Origin: Anaerolineales bacterium
GTDB lineage: Bacteria; Chloroflexota; Anaerolineae; Anaerolineales; E44-bin32
NCBI GenBank assembly: GCA_034430425.1
Contig: DAOUEK010000017.1
Coordinates: 16,827-80,826, forward strand
Direction: 5' to 3'
DNA: 64,000 bases
Of this stretch, positions 26,219 through 34,527 are shown in pieces (the first letter of the stretch is position 1; each line of letters begins with the position of its first letter). Made by a program: the position numbers and the translations under genes. The notes below the pieces were generated by a model. It was given only the letters and a program-made list of their open reading frames with translations. It ran no database searches and was not told the DNA's origin.

Positions 26219-27186
26219 AACACCTCTTTCACAGCGTCTACGATGTCGGTTACCTGGGGTAAGGCCATCTGTTCCAATTCGCGGTTGTAGGGCAGAGGCA
26301 CTTCTTTCTGGGCGACGCGCTTGATCGGCGCATCGGCGTAATCGAAGGCTTCTTCATAGAGCCGTGAAGCTACCTCGGCGCCGATCCCAAAGGATCCCCA
26401 TCCCTCCTCGACGATGACACAGCGATTGGTCCGTTTGAAAGACTCCACCACCGGCCCCATATCGAGAGGTCGCAGCGAGCGTAAATCGACGACTTCAGCA
26501 TTAACATTATCTTTTGCAAGAATATCCGCAGCTTGCAAGGATAATTGTAAACCTTTGGAATACGAGACCAGCGTCACATCGTCTCCCTCGCGCTGGACTT
26601 TGGAGACCCCGATAGGCTCGAGATATTCTTCTTCGGGCACTTCACCGCGCGCCTGGTAAAGGGTAGCGTGCTCGATATACATCACAGGGTCGTCGCTGCG
26701 GATAGCGGATTTTAGCAATCCTTTTGCGTCTCGCGGGGTACCCGGCGCGACGACTTTGAGGCCCGGAAAGTGTGCGAAGACGACGTCCGGAGTCTGGCTG
26801 TGGGTTGCGCCCAGTTGGCGCCCTCCGCCGCTGACGGTGCGAATGACGATGGGAACGGTGAATTGGCCGCCGAACATGCTGTGCAGCTTGGCGCTGTGAT
26901 TGACGATTTGATCCATGGCGAGCAGGGCAAAGTTGATCGTCATGATCTCGGCGACCGGCCGCAATCCGGCCATCGCGGCACCGTTGGCAGCGCCGATGAT
27001 AACGCCTTCAGCGATGGGGGTGTCCCGTACACGATCGGCGCCGAAGTGATCGTAAAAACCACGTGTCACGGCGTATGTTCCACCCCATACACCCACTTCT
27101 TCCCCCATGATGAAAACGCGTTCATCGCGCTCCATCTCTTCCCACAGCGCTTGTGATATGGCTTCGCGCATCGTCATCTCGGCCAT
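26215..27186 (-). CDS. pdhB: 2-oxoacid (pyruvate/acetoin) dehydrogenase E1 beta subunit
   Basis: MTMREAISQALWEEMERDERVFIMGEEVG... transketolase-like pyrimidine-binding and C-terminal domains. 4-nt overlap with E2. Confidence 0.9.
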   Translation of the reverse strand: MAEMTMREAISQALWEEMERDERVFIMGEEVGVWGGTYAVTRGFYDHFGADRVRDTPIAEGVIIGAANGAAMAGLRPVAEIMTINFALLAMDQIVNHSAKLHSMFGGQFTVPIVIRTVSGGGRQLGATHSQTPDVVFAHFPGLKVVAPGTPRDAKGLLKSAIRSDDPVMYIEHATLYQARGEVPEEEYLEPIGVSKVQREGDDVTLVSYSKGLQLSLQAADILAKDNVNAEVVDLRSLRPLDMGPVVESFKRTNRCVIVEEGWGSFGIGAEVASRLYEEAFDYADAPIKRVAQKEVPLPYNRELEQMALPQVTDIVDAVKEVL

Positions 27187-27189
27187 GGC

Positions 27190-28149
27190 TTATACCTCTT
27201 CCACGTAAATGTCTTCGTAAAGCGCTTCCGGTGGTGGGTCTGCGCTTGATTCGGCGAATTGCACAGCTTCCTGGAGTTCATCGTTCACTTTTTCTTCTTC
27301 GGCATCGAGTACTTTGGCAGTGGCAATTTTCTTCTTGATCAAATAACGTCGATAGATGCCGATCGGGTCATCTTCCGACCATTTACGGACTTCTTCGCTT
27401 TCCCGGTATCGCTCTGGGTCTCCCATCGAGTGGCCTCGAAAACGATAGGTTATAACTTCAAGGAGAAAAGGACCTCCCTGACGCACGTACTCCAATGCTT
27501 CCTGTGCGGCTTGGCGTACCTGGATGACATCCATGCCGTCTGCGCGTGCATTGGGCATGTTGTAACCCTCCGCTTTCTGTCGAATTTCACTGACTGCAGA
27601 GGCGCGGTCGACGGCGGTTCCCATGCCGTACTGGTTGTTCTCACATACCCATAGAACCGGCAATTGCCAGACTTTGGAGAGATTCAATGCTTCATGAAAG
27701 TAGCCGATATTGGTGGCGCCATCTCCGAAGAGACATATCGTCGCAGCGTCCGAACCACGCTGCTTATCGGCCAATGCCATCCCGGCCGCCAGCGGCAGAT
27801 GTGCACCGACGATGGCATGTCCGCCCCAGAAATTCAGGTTAACGTCTGCGAGATGCATCGAACCGCCTTTGCCCTTCGAGCAGCCCGTGACCTTCCCCAG
27901 CAGCTCGGCCATCACGATTTTCGGTTGCATGCCGCAGGCGATTGCAATGCCATGATCGCGGTAAGCTGTGATGACACGATCTTGCGGTTTTCTGGCGGAG
28001 ACAATGCCGCTTCCCACCGCTTCCTGGCCGATATAGAGGTGCAGGAAGCCGCCTATCTTTCCTTGCTGATAGAGTTCGGCGGATTTCTCTTCGAGACGTC
28101 GTATCATGACCATCTCGTGATAGAGATGCAGATGCGCTTTCTTATCCAT
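27190..28149 (-). CDS. pdhA: 2-oxoacid (pyruvate/acetoin) dehydrogenase E1 alpha subunit (TPP-binding)
   Basis: GFLHLYIGQEAV, the GDGATNIG...NN TPP motif, and YRFRGHSMGD. Confidence 0.9.
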   Translation of the reverse strand: MDKKAHLHLYHEMVMIRRLEEKSAELYQQGKIGGFLHLYIGQEAVGSGIVSARKPQDRVITAYRDHGIAIACGMQPKIVMAELLGKVTGCSKGKGGSMHLADVNLNFWGGHAIVGAHLPLAAGMALADKQRGSDAATICLFGDGATNIGYFHEALNLSKVWQLPVLWVCENNQYGMGTAVDRASAVSEIRQKAEGYNMPNARADGMDVIQVRQAAQEALEYVRQGGPFLLEVITYRFRGHSMGDPERYRESEEVRKWSEDDPIGIYRRYLIKKKIATAKVLDAEEEKVNDELQEAVQFAESSADPPPEALYEDIYVEEV

Positions 28150-28329
28150 GATTTCTCCGAGACTTGTGAGCCAAACGATCTCCTCGTTGTTTTCTATAAT
28201 ACTACAAGGTCGTTTACCTGCTTACAGCAACCTACATAAGAGCCCCGGAGTGCCGGGGCAAATAAATTATACCAAGATGGTCTAAAAAGTGCTTATGGGG
28301 AAATTTCACAACAAGTTGATACTCTCGCC

Positions 28330-29664
28330 TTATGGATAAAAGCCAACAGCCTGCAAATCGAATTCACTCATAACCGTGTCGGTATTCTGGGGAAGAGGTA
28401 AAGGCAGGACGAAAATCAGTGTCTCCGCAGGCGCCAGCGTATCGCTGATGATCGACCAGCCGGCACTTACCAACTCACCAGCAGTTGTGCGCATTGTTGC
28501 CAGAACCGTAGGCTGCTCGAGTGTTCTTTCCTCAGTATTGGTGATTTTGCCGTGGAGTATAAGCGTACTTCCAACGGGTTGATAGCGGTCGATCTCGACG
28601 GACAGCGGAACAGGCGTTTCATCGAACCCACGGGCAAAATTGAGTTCGATATTGGCCTGGATTTCGACGTCTACCAGTGATACTCCCTGGCTTTCCGCGT
28701 TTACAAGGAGTCCCGGCAAGCGGGTTTCAAGAAAGGCCCTGTTTTCATCTGGATCTATCGGGATGGGAAACGTTGTGACCGTACAGGAAAGCAGTTCGCT
28801 TTCGTGATACGCGGCGATCAGCAGTCTTACCCAGCGGATGTAGCCGGCCTCGTTGTGTATTTCCCCCAGAACGAAAGGAAGACCCTGGTCGGTCAATTCA
28901 AGCGAAGGTTCTCGAGTGAAAAAGAGTTCTACTGGAGGCAGGGTAGAAATGCTTGTAGCATCGGCGTAGAATACCCATTCGCCAGCGTCGATTGATGTTT
29001 CCAGTGTCAGCAGTACAGGTGAGGTCTGCCCGGCTTCAAGGCTTGTGGGTCCTGCAGCGTACGTGGACAGATCGATGGCCGATCCGGAGTCATCCATCAA
29101 CAGAATCCCGAGACTGTGCAGGTTCAGGGGCTTGTCGGAAGCATTGGTGACGGTCCCCAAGACTGCAAATTCTCCGCTTCGAGCAGTGAATGTCGCGGTC
29201 TCTTGGAACCTGACGGAAGCGCGATCGAAGGAAGTGGGTTCGCTATGGATGATCTCCACCTCGGCTGATGCGATTCCTTCGATTGCTTCAAATTGAGCGG
29301 CGTAGGGCGAATCTTCGCCAGGGGCGATGTGTTCGAGCAGGGGGGATACTCTTTGGTGGACGAGCAGGTCTCCGTTGAAATCCAGCAGGGATACTTCCAA
29401 TGAGATTTCGGCTACATTTTGATCTGAGTCATTGTGGATGATGCCCAACACGACGGTTTCCGATTGCATACTCGTCACGATCCGGGGTTGTTCGATGCGG
29501 ATCTCGGTAGTGGGCGTTTGCTGTGCAGCGGATTTGATCTCATCGCCGTTGTCTGCAGGGGTTGTTTCCGCCGGAGTAGACGACGGGCTGATCCAGGGTC
29601 CTGACGTGCAGGATTGGATCGAGAACAGGATTACGGCGAGGATTAAGAAGGAGATTCGCTTCAC
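28330..29664 (-). CDS. secreted lipoprotein with four ~100-aa internal repeats (FxLYD/DUF3426-like Ig-fold repeats?)
   Basis: Lipobox IQSC. Four blocks start VVLGIIHNDSD, FAVLGTVTNASD, PFVLGEIHNEAG and LILHGKITNTEE. Confidence 0.5.
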   Translation of the reverse strand: MKRISFLILAVILFSIQSCTSGPWISPSSTPAETTPADNGDEIKSAAQQTPTTEIRIEQPRIVTSMQSETVVLGIIHNDSDQNVAEISLEVSLLDFNGDLLVHQRVSPLLEHIAPGEDSPYAAQFEAIEGIASAEVEIIHSEPTSFDRASVRFQETATFTARSGEFAVLGTVTNASDKPLNLHSLGILLMDDSGSAIDLSTYAAGPTSLEAGQTSPVLLTLETSIDAGEWVFYADATSISTLPPVELFFTREPSLELTDQGLPFVLGEIHNEAGYIRWVRLLIAAYHESELLSCTVTTFPIPIDPDENRAFLETRLPGLLVNAESQGVSLVDVEIQANIELNFARGFDETPVPLSVEIDRYQPVGSTLILHGKITNTEERTLEQPTVLATMRTTAGELVSAGWSIISDTLAPAETLIFVLPLPLPQNTDTVMSEFDLQAVGFYP

Positions 29665-29789
29665 AAGAATAAGGATACCGCAAACGTTATTGCTTGTGGA
29701 ATGGCTTGGAGACGCATTATCAAGAGCCCACTGCGGTGGAGTTCATCTGGTGCCATCCGGTTTGCAGGTAAGTATCGAAAAATGTAATC

Positions 29790-31298
29790 CTATTCTTCGG
29801 GTGTGGGGGTCGGTTCCGGCTGATTATCTTCGGAGGATAGATCATCCAGAAGCGGCTCATTTAAGTCGAAATCGAAATCGTAGTCGAAATCGTAATCGTC
29901 GAACATGTAATTATAATCCATCGCCGATGCGGCTTTGCAAAGGCCGATGTTCTTCCAAACCAGGCAGTTATCGATTTCGTCTGTTTCCAGAATGTTGGCC
30001 AGTTCGAGAACTTCGTCCATGCTTGCTGCAAGCAGGTAGAGGAACGTACGATCATCCTCCTGGACGAGAACTACGAGACCGATCCCGTCTGAATCGATTT
30101 CCCCAAAGTGGGGAACGGACAGGCTTTCGAAGAAATCGATCGGCAGCACAAGATCATCGATGCTTTCGAGGGCCTCAAGATACTCAGACTCTGAATCGTA
30201 CGGCGCCAGTACGATCACGTCCGCGTCCGCTTCAGGTTCATCCGTAAAGACGAGGTTTTGGCCGCGGGACTTAAACGCACGCTCTATGGCCGTGATTGTC
30301 TCCAGGGTTTCGGATGTGAGATCGAAGTCTTCACTTTGCAGGAGTGCAACGGATTGCCGGAAGACGAAGGGATAGTCGGTCAGGTCGATGCTTCGTTCTC
30401 CATTGAGGAGGAAACCGATCAAATGATCGATGAAGATTTGATTGTCGGCGACCTGGTTGTAAGGGGCGGTGAGGAAAGAGAAGTCGCCGATGGCAACGAC
30501 GCCACCGTCCAGGCTGCGTACGGCTACCACGAAATCGGTGCCGGCATTCGTTTGAGACGAGCGGGTTTGCTCGTCAGCGGTGATCAATGCAATCCCGCTG
30601 TTGGTTTGGATGGAACGCGCGCCGTAGAAGACCAACTCGGAGAGATCGTCTGTAAGCTCATCTTCGGAGAATTGGTGGAAGAATACATGCCGGAAGTTGC
30701 CCTCATTTTCAATCAGGTTGAAAAGGAAATCGTTGGCGTAGGAGATATCGAACGGAGCGAGAAGGCTGTCCGCCATAAGGGCTTCGGATACGTAGCTCTC
30801 TGAAAAATATCCGTAATAATAATCGAAGAGATTCCGGGTCGGATCGCTGATCACCAGCAAACGGCCGCCGCGGTCGACGAATCGTTCGATAAGGTTCACT
30901 GTCGTCGGTGAGAAGCTGGCCTGTGGCGCGATTACAACGTACGCACTTGCGTATTTCAATCGCTCATAGAGCGGCCGCTCACCTGGATCATATGTATCTT
31001 GAACGATTTCGACACGAGCTCCACGGAGGGCGAGGTTTTCGAGGAATGGGTCAAGCTCTGCGAAATTGAATTGGTTGTTGTGGCTGTAATCGAATAGAAC
31101 GACACGGCCATCAGGATCGACAGCCTCCGCAGACTGTGGCTCGGAGTTCGTTGGTGGAACCGGCATTTGGAATGATGCGTAATCGGGCGCGCTGAGGGTC
31201 GAGGGGGCTCGATACCAACCTCGATAGAACCACAGCCCTCGTACCAATATCGGCAGAAGAAAAATTCCAGCCGCAGCGTAGATATATGTGCGCTTCAT
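29790..31298 (-). CDS. membrane-anchored extracytoplasmic protein, DUF4350/GldG-like, with an acidic-aromatic C-terminal tail
   Basis: N-terminal TM helix. VVLFDYSHNNQF and LLVISDP blocks resemble DUF4350/GldG-type domains (weak). Tail is MFDDYDFDYDFDFDLNEPLLDDLSSEDNQPEPTPTPEE. AAGGAGG RBS and ATGA overlap with sppA. Confidence 0.5.
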   Translation of the reverse strand: MKRTYIYAAAGIFLLPILVRGLWFYRGWYRAPSTLSAPDYASFQMPVPPTNSEPQSAEAVDPDGRVVLFDYSHNNQFNFAELDPFLENLALRGARVEIVQDTYDPGERPLYERLKYASAYVVIAPQASFSPTTVNLIERFVDRGGRLLVISDPTRNLFDYYYGYFSESYVSEALMADSLLAPFDISYANDFLFNLIENEGNFRHVFFHQFSEDELTDDLSELVFYGARSIQTNSGIALITADEQTRSSQTNAGTDFVVAVRSLDGGVVAIGDFSFLTAPYNQVADNQIFIDHLIGFLLNGERSIDLTDYPFVFRQSVALLQSEDFDLTSETLETITAIERAFKSRGQNLVFTDEPEADADVIVLAPYDSESEYLEALESIDDLVLPIDFFESLSVPHFGEIDSDGIGLVVLVQEDDRTFLYLLAASMDEVLELANILETDEIDNCLVWKNIGLCKAASAMDYNYMFDDYDFDYDFDFDLNEPLLDDLSSEDNQPEPTPTPEE

Positions 31299-32155
31299 GG
31301 CAGCCTCCTTGCGGAAGGAGGAACATAGAGCAGATATATCCCTGCTTTATTGGGGAAAGGTGTAATTATACCTTCCGATGTTTCTGTGAAAAATCCGAAT
31401 GAGTACAAAATATCATAATAGACTTGGTTCTGCAGTTCGACGACCTCGTAATGACCGATCCTGGCAAGTTGGGCGGTGTGCTCGAGCGCCTCGCTCAAAG
31501 AACCCAAGCCATCGATCAATCCATACTGCAGCGCCTCACCCGCCAACCAGGTCTTTCCGCTGAGTAAACCCTCGGCGTCGAGTTTCAAGCGTTCGCCGCG
31601 GCCAGAAATAACGGCCTGGTAAAAGCCCTGCTTGATGACATCGATTTCACGCAGCGTCGTGTCACGCGCTGCCCCGGTCATCTTATAGGGTCCGGTAGTG
31701 AAAATGTCCTCGACAATGAAGGGATCCTCGGGGAGCGTGACGATGACGCCCACGTTGCCGATGATGGAAGATGGACCAGAATGGATCTCGTTCGCCGCAG
31801 CGGAGAGATAATAACCTCCACTGGCAGCCATGCCCTGGACGTAAACCACGACAGGTTTTTTTGCCTGCAACTGAATCAATTCCAGATAGACCGCTTCGGT
31901 GTCGACGACCGTTCCGCCTGGTGTGTTGAGCACCAAAAGCACGGCACGAATGCGGGCATTCTCCTGAGCGTATTCGATCTGCTGGATCAGCGCACTCGCA
32001 GATTGATAGTAGATGGCATCGTTTAATCGAATGATTCCGATCATGGGACGTGGGATAAGGAATGAGAAAGCGACTCCTACGAGTAATGGCAGCAGCAGGA
32101 ATATAATGATAGTTCGAGACGTTTTCCGATTCTTCCCTGGCATCGTATCGCTCAT
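31295..32155 (-). CDS. sppA: signal peptide peptidase SppA, 36K type (S49)
   Basis: N-terminal TM helix. LVLNTPGG and GMAASGGYYLSAAANEI serine motifs of the S49 family. Confidence 0.85.
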   Translation of the reverse strand: MSDTMPGKNRKTSRTIIIFLLLPLLVGVAFSFLIPRPMIGIIRLNDAIYYQSASALIQQIEYAQENARIRAVLLVLNTPGGTVVDTEAVYLELIQLQAKKPVVVYVQGMAASGGYYLSAAANEIHSGPSSIIGNVGVIVTLPEDPFIVEDIFTTGPYKMTGAARDTTLREIDVIKQGFYQAVISGRGERLKLDAEGLLSGKTWLAGEALQYGLIDGLGSLSEALEHTAQLARIGHYEVVELQNQVYYDILYSFGFFTETSEGIITPFPNKAGIYLLYVPPSARRLP

Positions 32156-32337
32156 GTCGTCTTGCTCCCCTTCTTTTGGTAGATCGATACATTGAGAAGT
32201 CGAAATACTGCCCTAATGCTATACCATTTGTTCGATATTGGAAAGATGTTGGATTTGGGACGGACTCCGAAGATGAGATGCCGATTATGGTGCCCCACGA
32301 GAAATATTTGTGTGGGGCACCTGATGGGTATACTCGG

Positions 32338-33711
32338 CTATTCTTTGAAATCTACCTCGGGAAGATCCTTCATCGCTTCTTCGATCTTAGCCATGGGGTA
32401 TTCATAATCCTGGAGTTCGTTGTTGAGATAGGCCTGGTAAGCAGCCAGATCCAAAAGACCATGACCGGAGAGGTTGAACGCGATCACGCGTTTCGTGCCT
32501 TCTTCCTTGCAGCGCAGGGCTTCTTCGACGGCAACGCGAATAGCGTGGGCAGATTCAGGAGCAGGAACGATCCCCTCGGTTTGGGCGAATTGCACGGCGG
32601 TTTGAAAAGTGCAGATTTGGTCGATGGCAACAGCTTCGATGTCGCCATGGGCGTGCAGCGCGCAGATATGGGGAGCCATACCATGGTAGCGCAGTCCACC
32701 GGCGTGGATGCCCGGCGGTATGAAGGAGTGACCGAGGGTATGCATCTTGACGATAGGCGCCATCTTGGCCGAATCGCCGTAGTCGAACGTGTAAAGGCCT
32801 TTGGTAAGCGTTGGGCAGGCTTTGGGTTCGACGGCAATGAACCGGGTATCCTTGCCGTTGTGGAATTTCTCCCGCAGGAAGGGGAATGCGAATCCGGCGT
32901 AGTTGCTTCCGCCGCCCACACAACCGATCACCACGTCCGGGTATTCATCCGCCATTTCGAATTGTTTCAGGGATTCCAAACCGATTTCGGATTGATGCAT
33001 GAGCACAGGACCGAGGACCGAGCCCAGGGAGTATTTATATTTACCTTCCGATGCGACGGCTGCCTCGACCGCCTCCGAGATGGCGATGCCCAAAGAGCCG
33101 TTGCTGTCCGGATCTTGTGCCAGGATGGATTTACCGAATTCCGTTTTATTCGATGGGCTGGGTGTAACGTTGGCGCCATAGGTTTCTATGATGATGCGAC
33201 GATAGGGTTTTTGATCGTAAGAACAGCGAACCATGTACACTTCACAGTCTAGGTCGAACATCTTGCAGGCCAGGGAGAGAGCGGTGCCCCATTGGCCGGC
33301 GCCGGTTTCCGTTGTGAAGCCCTTCACGCCTTCCTCTTTGGCGTAGAAGGCTTGCGCGATGGCTGTGTTGAGTTTGTGCGAGCCGACGGGGCAGACGCCT
33401 TCGTACTTGTAGTAAATATGCGCCGGTGTATCCAGGACTTTCTCGAGGCGTCGGGCGCGGATGAGGGGCGTCGGTCGCCATAGTTTATAGATCTCACGCA
33501 CCGGTTCCGGGATTTCGATGTAGCGATCCATGCTCACGGCTTCACCGATGAAACGCATGGGGAATAAAATGGACAGAAATTCCGGCGTGACGGGTTCTTT
33601 GGTTACCGGGTGGAGCACCGGACCGGGTGATATCGGCATGTCAGGGTTGATGTTGTACCATTCCTTCGGGATGTCGCTATCCGAAAGCACGTATTTTGTG
33701 GGTTCATCCAT
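32338..33711 (-). CDS. trpB2: TrpB2-type tryptophan synthase beta chain (stand-alone)
   Basis: 457 aa (longer than TrpB1). N-terminal YVLSDSDIPKEWYNINPDMP..., PLP-lysine region GSHKLNTA, and GCVGGGSNYAGF. Confidence 0.9.
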   Translation of the reverse strand: MDEPTKYVLSDSDIPKEWYNINPDMPISPGPVLHPVTKEPVTPEFLSILFPMRFIGEAVSMDRYIEIPEPVREIYKLWRPTPLIRARRLEKVLDTPAHIYYKYEGVCPVGSHKLNTAIAQAFYAKEEGVKGFTTETGAGQWGTALSLACKMFDLDCEVYMVRCSYDQKPYRRIIIETYGANVTPSPSNKTEFGKSILAQDPDSNGSLGIAISEAVEAAVASEGKYKYSLGSVLGPVLMHQSEIGLESLKQFEMADEYPDVVIGCVGGGSNYAGFAFPFLREKFHNGKDTRFIAVEPKACPTLTKGLYTFDYGDSAKMAPIVKMHTLGHSFIPPGIHAGGLRYHGMAPHICALHAHGDIEAVAIDQICTFQTAVQFAQTEGIVPAPESAHAIRVAVEEALRCKEEGTKRVIAFNLSGHGLLDLAAYQAYLNNELQDYEYPMAKIEEAMKDLPEVDFKE

Positions 33712-33819
33712 CTCTTTTTCTCCTCGGAACAGAATTGGATTGCAAAATGCTCCTAAAGACCAGGTTCATGCGCGATAGTACTCCTCCGGGTTTGGTCTCC
33801 CCTGGTATGTTGATTAATC

Positions 33820-34138
33820 AAAAAAAGCTCATCCCCGATGGGGACGAGCGTTCGTTTGCCCGCGGTACCACCCCGTTTAAGCTGGTGCTAGAGAAGAGAA
33901 ACCCGTCGGTGGTGCAACGGTGTCTGTGAGCCAGCCTCACTCTTGATGGACATTGTTGTGGATGTCCTCTGCCATGATAACGGTGGCAACCGGCACAGGC
34001 TACTCGGGTATCCTTTCGCCCTGCAGCTCTGAGGTCCATTCCACACTGGCCAACGGACGGGTTCTCAGCGGTCCCCGTTCTCTGTGCCGTTGTTCCGGCG
34101 TGTACTTGCCCTCTTCACAGCCTTTATTTGGATTCGTT
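33820..34138 (-). promoter_or_regulatory. T-box riboswitch leader, tRNA-Trp specifier (UGG)
   Basis: All on the minus strand. AGUA (S-turn 5' half), AGAGA box and GCUGAGA distal loop. Specifier loop GAA-UGG-A (codon at 34038-34036). F-box CCGUUA. T-box GGGGUGGUACCGCG (33874-33861). Terminator GCUCGUCCCC-AUC-GGGGAUGAGC followed by U7 (33849-33820). Confidence 0.88.
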
Positions 34139-34144
34139 TGAAAA

Positions 34145-34173
34145 ATTATAGAGCCTGGAAAAGCGCTTGTCAA
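34145..34173 (-). promoter_or_regulatory. consensus sigma-70 promoter of the T-box/trpB2 unit (TTGACA - 17 nt - TATAAT)
   Basis: Reverse complement of 34168-34173 is TTGACA and of 34145-34150 is TATAAT, with an exact 17-nt spacer. Confidence 0.7.
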
Positions 34174-34347
34174 CAAGTAAGATCTAAACGGATCCGGCTA
34201 AAAGGTTTCTCGGGTTTAGTTACCTCCTTCACCTCTCAAATTCTTGGTGAGTCGTCGTTGCTTCCGATGGTAATATTTGCCATCGGAAAGCCAGTCTAGG
34301 CTATATACCCAGTCGATCTTTGGATTAACGCGCATGATTTCGAGCTT

Positions 34348-34527
34348 TCACGGCAGTTCGCCAGTGCTGATATCCCAGATGTAAATATTGCCATCGTTGC
34401 CGTTGGCTACGATCAATCTTCCGGCTGGTGACCCGTCACAATCCATGATGGAAATCGTATCCCCCCAAGCATACGAGCTTATTCCTCCGGTGTGCAGGGA
34501 TCTCCGGGAAAGGCATCCTTTGGGCAT
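34348..34527 (-). pseudogene. solitary WD40-repeat relic (59-codon ORF, probably the 3' remnant of a beta-propeller gene)
   Basis: Minus-strand translation gives ...LHTGGISSYAWGDTISIMDCDGSPAGRLIVANGNDGNIYIWDISTGELP*. This has the H-x-G...D-G-x-I/Y-x-W-D signature of one WD40 blade. It overlaps the 3' end of the upstream gene in another frame and has no RBS. Confidence 0.35.

Noticed and set aside
28243-28260. GC hairpin GCCCCGG-AGTG-CCGGGGC upstream of pdhA, considered as a terminator of the lipoprotein gene or as a riboswitch
   Set aside because: It has only a weak U-tract (UCUUAU) on the minus strand. It also lies downstream of a TGgTATAAT element (minus strand, 28274-28266), so it more likely sits in the pdhA 5' UTR. 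No conserved motif was recognised.
32176-33252. 358-aa plus-strand ORF antisense to trpB2
   Set aside because: Shadow ORF. The opposite strand encodes a full-length, motif-complete TrpB2, and the protein has no recognisable features.
34262-34288. 9-bp hairpin TTCCGATGG-(9 nt)-CCATCGGAA between the WD40 relic and the T-box promoter
   Set aside because: No U-tract follows on either strand, so it is not a canonical intrinsic terminator. It has no other supporting context.
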